A stretch of 64,000 nucleotides of DNA. Origin: an uncultured Clostridia bacterium (GTDB lineage: Bacteria; Bacillota; Clostridia; Christensenellales; Borkfalkiaceae). A program made the translations under genes and the position numbers. The notes beneath the pieces were generated by a model. That model was given only the letters and a program-made list of their open reading frames with translations. It had not been told where the DNA came from and did no database searches. The stretch lies in assembly GCA_947629665.1 (NCBI GenBank), contig CANREJ010000001.1:31235-95234 (forward strand), read 5' to 3'. Of this stretch, positions 44,914-53,953 are shown piece by piece. Within the stretch, counting starts at the first letter, position 1, and the number at the start of each line of letters is the position of its first letter.

Positions 44914-46749
44914 TTATAAATTTTCTTTTTTGAAATACATACAAGTCAGTTTGGGTATATCCACAAATATTGCGTATTTACCCTTTTGGCCTGTTTGTTT
45001 TTTTGAATTAAAAACTTTTTTACGTATTTTGCCTTCGCCGCCGAATTTTTTGTCGTCGGTATTCAAAATAATCCTGTACTTCCCTTTTGCAACGTTCATG
45101 CCGTATCCAAAGTGGTCCACTCCCGAATAATTTGCAATTACGGTTACGGATTCGCCATCCTTTGCGTAGCGGTTAAAGGCAAAAAGATTATTGAATTTAT
45201 CGTCTACGACAAGCCATTCAAAGCCGTTCCAGCTCTCGTCGTCATCATAGAGAGGTTTTAACTCCCTGTATATATGGTTTAAACATTTAACAAAATCTGT
45301 CATTTTGGAATGTTTATCATACTGTTTGAGGAAAAATTCGATTCCTTCCCTGTAATCCCATTCCTTGAATTGCGCAACTTCATAGCCCATAAAATTCAGT
45401 TTTTTTCCGGGGTGCGCATACATAAACGCCAACAACTCCCGCTCGCCCGCAAACTTATCGTCATATTCGCCGAACATTTTGTTTACTATGGAGCCCTTCA
45501 CATGTACAACTTCGTCGTGAGAAAGCGGCAAAACATACCTTTCCGTAAAGGCATACACAAGCGAAAAAGTAATTTTATTGTGGTGATAGTTCCTGAAATA
45601 CGGATCCTGGCGGCAATAAAACAAAACGTCGTTCATCCAGCCCATATTCCATTTATAGTCAAACCCAAGCCCGCCGTCCTCTACCGGTTTTGTAACGCCG
45701 TTAAAACTTGTGGACTCTTCGGCAACGGTAATTGCATACGGAAAGTCGCGCTTTATTACGGTGTTTAACTTTTTTATAAATTCAATGGCCTCTAAATTGC
45801 GGTTGTCGCCGTATTTATTTGGAGTGAAATCCCCCGCGTTTCTGTCGTAATCGAGGTAAAGCATGGACGCAACCGCGTCAACCCTGAACCCGTCTACCCC
45901 GTAAATGTCAAGAAATAAGTATGCGCTCGACAGAAGAAAACTGTCCACTTCTCCCCTGCCGAAGTCAAACCTACGCGTTCCCCAACCGCTGTGTTCCATT
46001 CTGTCCCAAAGCGGACATTCGTAAAGCGGCTGGCCGTCAAATTCATAAAGCCCAAAATCATCTTTTGGAAAGTGCGCGGGCACCCAATCGATTATAACCT
46101 TAATTCCGTTCTTATGAAACTCGTCAACAAGATATTTGAATTCATGTGGCTCGCCGAGCCTTGCCGTGGGTGCAAAATAGCCTGTTACCTGGTACCCCCA
46201 CGACCCGTCGAAGGGAAATTCGGTTATCGGCATAAATTCCACGTGCGTATATCCCATTTCCCTTACATAGGGAACGAGCCGCTCCGCCAGTTCCAAGTAT
46301 GTGAGGTATCTGTTGTTGTCGCCCCTCATCCAGGACAAGAGGTTTACTTCATATATGTTTACAGGCGATGAATAATTTTTGTCCTCACCGCAACCGCCGC
46401 ACACATTGCCTGAGGGCAAATCATAGACTACCGAATCATGCGAGTTTGGAATATCAGTTTTAAAAGCGTACGGGTCGGCTTTATTTATGCGCCTGCCGTC
46501 ATAAGTTAAAATTTCAAAACGGTATTTATCGTTTCTCTCGGCGGCGGTTATCACTTCAAAACTCTCACCGTCGCCAAGCAACTGCATCTCATGCTCTTCA
46601 ACGTCATTCAGTACAAGAAATACCGATTTTGCATGCGGAGCCCAAACTCTGAAAGCGTAGCCGTCCGCAACTTTATGGCAACCGAAAAATTTATAAGCTG
46701 TAAATTCAATTCCGTCGTGAAATTTTTTTAGCTCGAAATTTTTGGACAT
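44914..46749 (-). CDS. glgB: 1,4-alpha-glucan branching enzyme
   Basis: 611 aa with a GH13 core (DWVPAHF, GFRVDAV). Confidence 0.95.
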   Translation of the reverse strand: MSKNFELKKFHDGIEFTAYKFFGCHKVADGYAFRVWAPHAKSVFLVLNDVEEHEMQLLGDGESFEVITAAERNDKYRFEILTYDGRRINKADPYAFKTDIPNSHDSVVYDLPSGNVCGGCGEDKNYSSPVNIYEVNLLSWMRGDNNRYLTYLELAERLVPYVREMGYTHVEFMPITEFPFDGSWGYQVTGYFAPTARLGEPHEFKYLVDEFHKNGIKVIIDWVPAHFPKDDFGLYEFDGQPLYECPLWDRMEHSGWGTRRFDFGRGEVDSFLLSSAYLFLDIYGVDGFRVDAVASMLYLDYDRNAGDFTPNKYGDNRNLEAIEFIKKLNTVIKRDFPYAITVAEESTSFNGVTKPVEDGGLGFDYKWNMGWMNDVLFYCRQDPYFRNYHHNKITFSLVYAFTERYVLPLSHDEVVHVKGSIVNKMFGEYDDKFAGERELLAFMYAHPGKKLNFMGYEVAQFKEWDYREGIEFFLKQYDKHSKMTDFVKCLNHIYRELKPLYDDDESWNGFEWLVVDDKFNNLFAFNRYAKDGESVTVIANYSGVDHFGYGMNVAKGKYRIILNTDDKKFGGEGKIRKKVFNSKKQTGQKGKYAIFVDIPKLTCMYFKKENL

Positions 46750-46771
46750 ACCGCCTTACCATACCTAATTT

Positions 46772-46800
46772 ATTTTACCATAATATAAATAATATTTCAA
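46772..46800 (-). promoter_or_regulatory. Sigma-A promoter of the glgBCDAP operon
   Basis: On the minus strand: TTGAAA, 17 nt, TAAAAT. Confidence 0.5.
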
Positions 46801-46832
46801 GACAGTATTAAAAAAAATCGCAATTATTTTCC

Positions 46833-46866
46833 AAATAAAAGCCCCGTGAAAACATTTTCACGGGGC
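46833..46866 (-). terminator. Intrinsic terminator after htpG
   Basis: gccccgtgaaaa / ttttcacggggc stem followed on the minus strand by TTTTATTT. Confidence 0.7.
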
Positions 46867-46889
46867 GCAAAGTCTTCTGTTTTAAAAAA

Positions 46890-48713
46890 TTACTTAATAT
46901 ACTCGCCAAGCAAAACCAAATTGTCTTTCTGGAACTTTGAAAGTTCATCGGGCGTGAGCTTTTTAAACGCCGCAAGCGCAAGCGAATAAATATATCCAGC
47001 AACAAACTTTTGCTTTTCATCACCGAGTTCTTTTAGCTTTTCAACAACAGGGCAGGCCGTATTAACTATAAGCGTTTTATTCAGGTCGCCTTCAGACATT
47101 CCGTAGAATTTGCCCATTTCGCTGTATCTTCTCATATACTCGTCAACAACTATAACCGCAGGCACTTCCACGTTTTTGAGCTTTTCGGTTTTAACGGTGA
47201 CTTTGTCGTTGTTTAAAGCATTTTTAAATATATCCGTAATTACGCTGTCCTCGGCATTTTCTTCCGATTTAAGCGCGCCGTCTATATCTGCGTCTATGCG
47301 CATAAATTTGATTTTATCGGGCGCCTTGTATTCCAGATAGCTCAAAAAATGAGGATCAATAAAGTTATCGCAACAAATTGCTGAAAGAGCGGAGTCTTTA
47401 AATAGTTTAATATATTGCGCCTGCTGTTCCTCGTCCGAAACATAGTAAATTGTTTTGGGCGTTGAAGGCTCCTCCTTTTTGTCCTCCTTGTTCTCTTCGG
47501 CCGGCTGTTCGGGCATGAGGTCGGATATGCTCACAAACTTGCCGTCAATATCTTTGTAAATTATAATGTCCTTTACTTTTTCGTAAAAGTCATTATCTTT
47601 TATACACCCGAATTTGATAAAATTGGAAACGTCCTCCCAGCATTTTTCATATTTTTCCCTGTCGTTTTTATATAGCGACGTAAGTTTATCGGCAACTTTT
47701 TTTACGATATGCTTGCTGATCTTTTGCACCTGTCTGTCGTTTTGCAAAAAACTACGGGAAACGTTCAGGGGGATGTCGGGGCAATCTATCACGCCGTTTA
47801 AAAGCATTAAGTATTCCGGTATGACTTCCTTTATATTATCTGCAATAAATACCTGGTTGCAATAGAGTTTTACTTTACCGCGCTCCAATTCGACCTTGTT
47901 TTTTACTTTGGGGAAGTACAATATTCCTTTAAGTTTAAAGGGATAATCCATATTCAGGTGTACCCAGAATATGGGCTCATTGTAGTCCATAAAAGTATCG
48001 GTATAGAACTTTTTATAATCTTCATCGGTGCAATCCTTGGGCAATTTTGCATATAACGGCAGGGTTGTGTTAAGCGGCTCGTCCTTACCGTCGCCCTTAA
48101 AATTGACATAGACGTTGTAAGGCATAAAAGAGCAGTATTTTTTAACGAGATTTTTAATTGTACTCTCTTCCAAAAACTCTTTTTCTTCGGGGGCTATGTG
48201 CATAATGATCTTTGTGCCCCGCCCGCTCTTATCGCAGTCTTCTATCGTATAGGTTGAATTGCCGTCGCTTTCCCAATGCACGGCGGGTTCATCTTTGTAT
48301 GATTTTGTGAAAATTTCAACATTTTCCGAAACCATATATGCCGAATAGAAGCCCAAACCGAAATGCCCTATTATTCCGTCGCCGCCCGCCTTTTCGTATT
48401 TTTCCAAAAAGTCCGAGGCTCCCGAAAAGGCAATTTGTGTAATATAATTTTCAACCTCTTCCCCAGTCATGCCGATACCGTTATCTTCAACGGTGAGTGT
48501 TTTGGCCTTTTTATCGATAAAAATCTTTACGTAATAGCCGCCCTCGTCCGCGGCAACCTCGCCCATAGAAACGAGTTTATTGTACTTTGTTATGGCGTCG
48601 ATGCCGTTTGCAACTATTTCGCGGAGAAATATATCCTTGTCGGAATAGAGCCACTTTTTTATAATTGGCATCATATTTTCGCTTGAAATTTTAATATTAC
48701 CTTGTTTTTGCAT
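46890..48713 (-). CDS. htpG: Molecular chaperone HtpG (Hsp90)
   Basis: 607 aa with IFLREIVANGIDA and GHFGLGFYSAYMV. Confidence 0.95.
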   Translation of the reverse strand: MQKQGNIKISSENMMPIIKKWLYSDKDIFLREIVANGIDAITKYNKLVSMGEVAADEGGYYVKIFIDKKAKTLTVEDNGIGMTGEEVENYITQIAFSGASDFLEKYEKAGGDGIIGHFGLGFYSAYMVSENVEIFTKSYKDEPAVHWESDGNSTYTIEDCDKSGRGTKIIMHIAPEEKEFLEESTIKNLVKKYCSFMPYNVYVNFKGDGKDEPLNTTLPLYAKLPKDCTDEDYKKFYTDTFMDYNEPIFWVHLNMDYPFKLKGILYFPKVKNKVELERGKVKLYCNQVFIADNIKEVIPEYLMLLNGVIDCPDIPLNVSRSFLQNDRQVQKISKHIVKKVADKLTSLYKNDREKYEKCWEDVSNFIKFGCIKDNDFYEKVKDIIIYKDIDGKFVSISDLMPEQPAEENKEDKKEEPSTPKTIYYVSDEEQQAQYIKLFKDSALSAICCDNFIDPHFLSYLEYKAPDKIKFMRIDADIDGALKSEENAEDSVITDIFKNALNNDKVTVKTEKLKNVEVPAVIVVDEYMRRYSEMGKFYGMSEGDLNKTLIVNTACPVVEKLKELGDEKQKFVAGYIYSLALAAFKKLTPDELSKFQKDNLVLLGEYIK

Positions 48714-48800
48714 TTTAAGCCTCCGATATTATATAACACTTTATAAATAACCAAAGTATGCCGCAATTAAACCGATCACATAATTTTTTAATTTTTTTGC

Positions 48801-48834
48801 AAAAAAATACCGCCGAAGAAACAACTTCGGCGGT
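48801..48834 (-). terminator. Intrinsic terminator after ispH-rpsA
   Basis: accgccgaag / cttcggcggt stem followed on the minus strand by ATTTTTTT. Confidence 0.7.
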
Positions 48835-48847
48835 TTAAAAACTTTGA

Positions 48848-50950
48848 TTATTTGTTATTCTTTTGCGCGTCGGCAAGAATGTCAGCCATAGAAATACCAA
48901 CCGAGCCGCTACCGGCGTCCGACCAATCGGAATATTCATCAACAGGAGCCGCTTTGTGGGCTACACGGGGACGTTTTTCGGGCTTATCACCCTCCTCTGC
49001 GTCAACCGCCTTACGGGGCTTTTTCCTCTCGCCTTCGGGCAACAGGGCCTTGATGGATAAATTCATCTTTTTGGCAACGGGATCAATGGCGATAATTTTT
49101 GCATCAACTTCGTCGCCTACATTTAATACGGTTGCGGGGGTTTCAATCCTCTCATGGCTTATTTGCGAAACGTGAACCAAACCGTCTATGCCTTTTTCCA
49201 CTTCAACAAATGCGCCAAAAGGAACTATTCTCACAACTTTGCCGTGTATGGTTTCGCCAACGGCATACTTTTCGGGCACCAAATCCCAAGGTTGGGGTTG
49301 AAGCTGTTTATAGCCTATCGAAACTTTTTTGTTTTCAACGTCTACTTTTAATACTTTGAATTGATAGGTTTTACCTATTTCAAGCACATCCGTTACCGCG
49401 TCTACGCCTGTCCATGAAAGATCGGATATGTGCGCCAAGCAGTCAAAACCGTTTACCGACACAAACGCGCCGAAACCTGTAACTCTTTCCACTTTACCGT
49501 CAACAACGTCGTCAACGTGGATATTGGCAAAAAACTCGGCTTCCTTTGCGGCTTTTGCGGCTTCTTTTGCGTCGCGCTCTTCCTGCAAAATAACGCGCTG
49601 GGATGCTATGATTTCTTTTCTGCCCGTTTTTCTTACTTCGAGTGCGCGGAGCCGCAAATTTTTGCCTTCGTACTTTGTTAAATCTTTAACAAATCCCGGA
49701 CGAATTTCCTTTGCGGGTACAAACACGGAGTAAGTTCCAAGCTGCCCCGTGAGCCCGCCCTTATTGCAACCCGTGCAAACAACCGTAAATTCTTTGCCGG
49801 ATTCTATTTCTGCGCTCAAAGCCTCTTCTTCCTGCAAAAGTTTAATCATCTTTTGCGAGAGTTTGAGGTTGGGTTTGAGTTCCACAACAAGCAACTCGAT
49901 AGGCTCCCCGATTTTGCCAACGTAGTCTTCGACTTTGTATTCTTCGCAGTCAAGTTCTTCCTTGCTTAAAGCTATTTCCTTTTTGGAAAAGGGCAAGAGA
50001 ATCTGTAAACCGTCTTCCGTGGCCTGAGATATGGTTGCCACAACGGTTTGACCCTTTTTGAACTTCGACTCGTTGTCAATTTTAGCAACCACCTCATCCA
50101 TAACGTTAGTTGCCTTAACTTCTGTGTTTTCTGCCATCTTTAAGAGAACCTCCCGGGTTTGCGCATTCGGGGTTGAAGCCCCCGAAACAATACCTACACT
50201 TTTAAAATTTTTTATTTTGGATAAATCCAAATCGGCAGGGGCGGAAAGCCTGAAAACATTATTGCAATGTTTAGCGGCAAGCTCGAATAGCTTGTTGGTA
50301 TTGCTACTGTTGAGCCCGCCGATAACCAAAATCGCTTCGCACTGCTTTGAAAGTTTTTCAACTTCCCTCTGCCGTTCTATAGTAGTATAACAAATAGTCT
50401 GAAAAACAGCAACTGTTTTTTCACAAACTTTTTTAATATTTTTAATTATTTTTTCAAATTTCTCGGCTGAAAACGTAGTTTGGCACACAACCGAAAGCTC
50501 TTTAAAACGCAATTCGTCGGGTATAATATCACTGTTGATTACAGTAGCTTCACCGTTGCACCAGCCAAGCAACCCCGCAACTTCCGGATGACCGAGTTCG
50601 CCCACTATAACAACGTGTTTGCCGAGCGCATGCTGTTCACTCACTATTTTTTGCGTGCGCCTTACAAACGCGCAGGTGCAGTCAACTATTTTTATATCTC
50701 TTGCCGCGCACTCTTCAAAATAACTTTTGGGGACTCCGTGCGAACGGAAAACAACGGTTGCGCCGTTCGGCACGGAATCGAGGCTGTCAACTTCCTTCAA
50801 CCCGTAGTTTTGCAACGCTTTAACCACTTCTGGGTTGTGTATTATTTCCCCCAGAACGTAGCAATTATCTCCGTGGAGCGACATTGCCGTTTCAACCGCA
50901 TATTTGACCCCGGCGCAAAAACCGCCGTGTTCGGCCTCGATTATTTGCAT
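48848..50950 (-). CDS. ispH: Bifunctional 4-hydroxy-3-methylbut-2-enyl diphosphate reductase (IspH) / ribosomal protein S1-like
   Basis: 700 aa. N-terminal about 285 aa is LytB/IspH (GFCAGVKYAV, three Cys ligand regions). The C-terminal part has repeated S1 domains (GFGAFV..., GLVHVSQIS). Confidence 0.9.
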   Translation of the reverse strand: MQIIEAEHGGFCAGVKYAVETAMSLHGDNCYVLGEIIHNPEVVKALQNYGLKEVDSLDSVPNGATVVFRSHGVPKSYFEECAARDIKIVDCTCAFVRRTQKIVSEQHALGKHVVIVGELGHPEVAGLLGWCNGEATVINSDIIPDELRFKELSVVCQTTFSAEKFEKIIKNIKKVCEKTVAVFQTICYTTIERQREVEKLSKQCEAILVIGGLNSSNTNKLFELAAKHCNNVFRLSAPADLDLSKIKNFKSVGIVSGASTPNAQTREVLLKMAENTEVKATNVMDEVVAKIDNESKFKKGQTVVATISQATEDGLQILLPFSKKEIALSKEELDCEEYKVEDYVGKIGEPIELLVVELKPNLKLSQKMIKLLQEEEALSAEIESGKEFTVVCTGCNKGGLTGQLGTYSVFVPAKEIRPGFVKDLTKYEGKNLRLRALEVRKTGRKEIIASQRVILQEERDAKEAAKAAKEAEFFANIHVDDVVDGKVERVTGFGAFVSVNGFDCLAHISDLSWTGVDAVTDVLEIGKTYQFKVLKVDVENKKVSIGYKQLQPQPWDLVPEKYAVGETIHGKVVRIVPFGAFVEVEKGIDGLVHVSQISHERIETPATVLNVGDEVDAKIIAIDPVAKKMNLSIKALLPEGERKKPRKAVDAEEGDKPEKRPRVAHKAAPVDEYSDWSDAGSGSVGISMADILADAQKNNK

Positions 50951-51672
50951 TTTTTCTTTTTCTTCTTATTTTTTAGGATTTCGTCTAAACGGTAATACTC
51001 TTCAAGCATACGTTGTCTTAACTTTTCGTCCGCCTCTTTAATATCCTCGTCCGTCATCTTTTTACCGTAATATTCGGAAAATTCAAAGGGATCGGAATAG
51101 TAAAAATAGTTTTTCCTGAAAAGTCTTATTTTTTTGCACTGCATCATCATTACGATGGGCGTCCTCGTCTTTATTGCAAGGGCGGCCGCACCGCTCTTAA
51201 ACGGCAAGAAAATCTCGTTGGTTTTATTGCGCGTGCCTTCGGGGAAACAACACACCGATTCGCCGTTTTTAAGATATTTCATTGCCTGCATAACCGCGCG
51301 CACGTCCGTACCATCGCGGTTCACAACTATGCACTCGCACTTTTTTGTGAACCAGCGGCCGATTTTTTTATCTGTTAATTCCCTCTTGCACATGTAATGC
51401 ACGGGTTTGCTCAAAGAAAGCGCCACCGGAACCACGTCCAAAACGTGCAAATGATTGCCTACGTACAAATACGCCCTATCGTCGAATTTTTCTGTGTGTC
51501 CCAGCCTTTTAATTGGCAAAACAATCCTGCCCACGGTATAGTATAATCTCTTTAAAGTACGAAACCACTTTTCGAGTTTAGTGCGTTTTTTCTTTTTGGG
51601 TTTTCCGTTGTTTTTTTCATCTGCCTGTTTGGGCTCGGTTTGTTCTTCCGTTTCTTTAATTTCACTCATCAA
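50941..51672 (-). CDS. plsC: 1-acyl-sn-glycerol-3-phosphate acyltransferase
   Basis: 243 aa with NHLHVLD (HxxxxD) and FPEGTRN motifs. It overlaps ispH by 10 nt and cmk by 4 nt. Confidence 0.85.
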   Translation of the reverse strand: MMSEIKETEEQTEPKQADEKNNGKPKKKKRTKLEKWFRTLKRLYYTVGRIVLPIKRLGHTEKFDDRAYLYVGNHLHVLDVVPVALSLSKPVHYMCKRELTDKKIGRWFTKKCECIVVNRDGTDVRAVMQAMKYLKNGESVCCFPEGTRNKTNEIFLPFKSGAAALAIKTRTPIVMMMQCKKIRLFRKNYFYYSDPFEFSEYYGKKMTDEDIKEADEKLRQRMLEEYYRLDEILKNKKKKKKCK

Positions 51673-52676
51673 ATTTTTTCCTGTATTTTATTTTCTATAA
51701 ATCCAACGACCTCATCGACCGTCATTGACGAAGAATCTATTAAAATGGCGTCTTTTGCTATTGTCAAGGGCGCAATTTTGCGGTTTTTATCCTGGTTGTC
51801 GCGCTCGACTATGTCTTTTAATATTTTTTCATACGGCTCGTCAAACCCTTTTTGCCTATTTTCCTCCATCCTTCTCTTTGCCCGTACTTCCGGGGAAGCC
51901 GTGAGGTAAAATTTAAAGTTTGCGTCGGGCAAAACGTTTGTGCCTATATCTCTGCCATCGAGAATACATGAAGTTTTTGAGGCGATTTCACGCTGTATAG
52001 CAACCATTTTTTGGCGGACGCACCCAAGCGCCGATACTTTTGAAGCGCACATGGAAATTTCAGGCGTCCTGATTTCCTGGGAGACGTCTTTCCCGTCCAA
52101 ATAAGTTTTTTGTGTTCCGCCTATAAATTTTACTTCGAGCGCAATATCATTTATCAATACCGAAACGGAATCTTCGTCCAAAACAGACACGCCCTCTTTA
52201 ACGCATTTGAGCGCACACGCACGGTACATTGCACCTGTATCGAGGCATAAAATATTCAATTTTTGCCCAAGAATTTTGGAAACAGTGCTTTTACCGCTGC
52301 CCGCGGGGCCGTCCAGGGCTATTGCGATTGTTTGTGAAATGTCTTTTCTCAACGCTTTTGCGCCTTTTAAATAGACGTGCTTTGCAGGCGCGGAAGATTC
52401 AGCAAGCGCCATAACGCGGATACAGAGTTTGAGTGCACCGTCTATTTCCGGTTCGAGCGACGAAAACAAAGGACAAGAATAAAAACCTGCTTCCCTTGCC
52501 GCTTTTGCGGGATAATAGGAATGAATATCCGTCGTATTCGTAAACATAAGGCAAACCAAATTATCGTTGTTTAAGTTGTTCTGTGCCATCATTTCACGCA
52601 AAAGTTCCTTAACCGAATCTCTGATTTGTTGGGCACTGTCGTTTTCCACGGTAGTGGCTCCGCGAATTGCAATCAT
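51669..52676 (-). CDS. cmk: Fusion protein: AroH-type chorismate mutase (N-terminal) plus cytidylate kinase (C-terminal)
   Basis: 335 aa in one uninterrupted ORF. N-terminus IAIRGATTV...CIRVMAL...HVYLKGAKALRKD resembles B. subtilis AroH end to end. It continues directly into IAIALDGPAGSGKSTVSK (Cmk P-loop). Confidence 0.85.
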   Translation of the reverse strand: MIAIRGATTVENDSAQQIRDSVKELLREMMAQNNLNNDNLVCLMFTNTTDIHSYYPAKAAREAGFYSCPLFSSLEPEIDGALKLCIRVMALAESSAPAKHVYLKGAKALRKDISQTIAIALDGPAGSGKSTVSKILGQKLNILCLDTGAMYRACALKCVKEGVSVLDEDSVSVLINDIALEVKFIGGTQKTYLDGKDVSQEIRTPEISMCASKVSALGCVRQKMVAIQREIASKTSCILDGRDIGTNVLPDANFKFYLTASPEVRAKRRMEENRQKGFDEPYEKILKDIVERDNQDKNRKIAPLTIAKDAILIDSSSMTVDEVVGFIENKIQEKI

Positions 52677-52681
52677 AATAT

Positions 52682-53908
52682 TTAATCCTTTATTGAATTT
52701 CCTGCCGTATAACCTGTTGAAAAGGCGATTTGGAGATTAAATCCGCCCGTAAACGCGTCAACGTCGAGTACTTCGCCGCAAAAATATAAGTTCCGTACGA
52801 GTTTGCTTTCCATGGTTTTTGGGTTGATTTCTTTTACGTCCACCCCGCCGCACGTGATTATAGCCTCGTCGAACCCGCGCAAAGACGTTACAAGCATATC
52901 AAAATTTTTTATGTTTGTCAATAAACATAACCGCTCCGCCCTTGTTACGGAATTGACCTTTTTATCGCCGTCGAGAGAGCCTCTCCTCAATATTTCCGGA
53001 ATAAGTGCAACGGGTAAAAGTTCCCTTAAACAGTTAAACAAATTTTTGTTTTTAAACTCTTTAAAATCGCGGAGTATACGCCTTTCGAGCTGCTCCGGCG
53101 AAAGCGCGGGCTTTAAATCGACCGAAAGCCTCACTTTGGATAAATCCAACCTGTTTATCATGCTGGATGCAGACAAAACTATCGGCCCGGAAATACCATA
53201 GTGCGTAAACAACATTTCGCCGAAAAAATTTTTTATAAGTTTATCGCAATAGTAGACCGAAAGAGACACGTTTTTAAGTGAAAGACCTTGCAAATCTTTA
53301 TAAAAGCCGCCCTTTAAATTCATACCGCAAAGCCCCTGCTTTAAGGGAACAACCGTGTGCCCAAGCTCTTCTGCAAACTTATATCCGTCGCCCGTGGAAC
53401 CGGTTAACGGATAACTTATTCCGCCAGTGCAAACTATTGCGCAGTCGAAGTTGTAAGTCGATTTTTCGGTTATTATTTGTGATAGAGTACTATGCAAAGT
53501 CGTAATTTTAACAACTTTTTCATTAAATTTGAAGTTAACGCCCGTATTTCTGCAATAATTTTCAAGACATTTTGTTACGTCGCTCGCCTTGTTTGACGCG
53601 GGGAAAATCCGTGCGCCACGCTCAACTTTCAGCTTTAAGCCGCCCTCTTCAAAAAAGTTTACCGTATTAAGCGGCGATAAATTGTATATTGCGCCCGTTA
53701 AAAATTTGGGATTTGAAACTACGTTTTGCAAAAACTCCTGCTCGTCGCAATTATGCGTAACGTTGCATCTTCCCTTGCCCGTAATATAAATTTTTTTACC
53801 GCATTTTTCGTTTTTTTCAAAAACGGTAACATTATTGCCGTTTTTTGCCGCGGCATACGCCGCCATTAATCCTGCGGCGCCGCCGCCTATTACAGCTACG
53901 TTTTTCAT
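52682..53908 (-). CDS. HI0933/BaiN-like NAD(P)/FAD-dependent oxidoreductase
   Basis: N-terminus MKNVAVIGGGAAGLMAA (Rossmann). I prefer the ATG at 53908 over the upstream GTG at 53941. Confidence 0.85.
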   Translation of the reverse strand: MKNVAVIGGGAAGLMAAYAAAKNGNNVTVFEKNEKCGKKIYITGKGRCNVTHNCDEQEFLQNVVSNPKFLTGAIYNLSPLNTVNFFEEGGLKLKVERGARIFPASNKASDVTKCLENYCRNTGVNFKFNEKVVKITTLHSTLSQIITEKSTYNFDCAIVCTGGISYPLTGSTGDGYKFAEELGHTVVPLKQGLCGMNLKGGFYKDLQGLSLKNVSLSVYYCDKLIKNFFGEMLFTHYGISGPIVLSASSMINRLDLSKVRLSVDLKPALSPEQLERRILRDFKEFKNKNLFNCLRELLPVALIPEILRRGSLDGDKKVNSVTRAERLCLLTNIKNFDMLVTSLRGFDEAIITCGGVDVKEINPKTMESKLVRNLYFCGEVLDVDAFTGGFNLQIAFSTGYTAGNSIKD

Positions 53909-53953
53909 AAATAAACCAAGCGGCGTGAACCGTAAGCCCACGCCGTAAATATT

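Noticed and set aside
53909-53941. The upstream GTG start for the flavoprotein gene (ORF track 52682-53941).
   Set aside because: The extension adds 11 residues before a canonical Rossmann N-terminus (MKNVAVIGGGAAG). It has no ribosome-binding site and lies in a hairpin-containing spacer just after the oadA-like stop.
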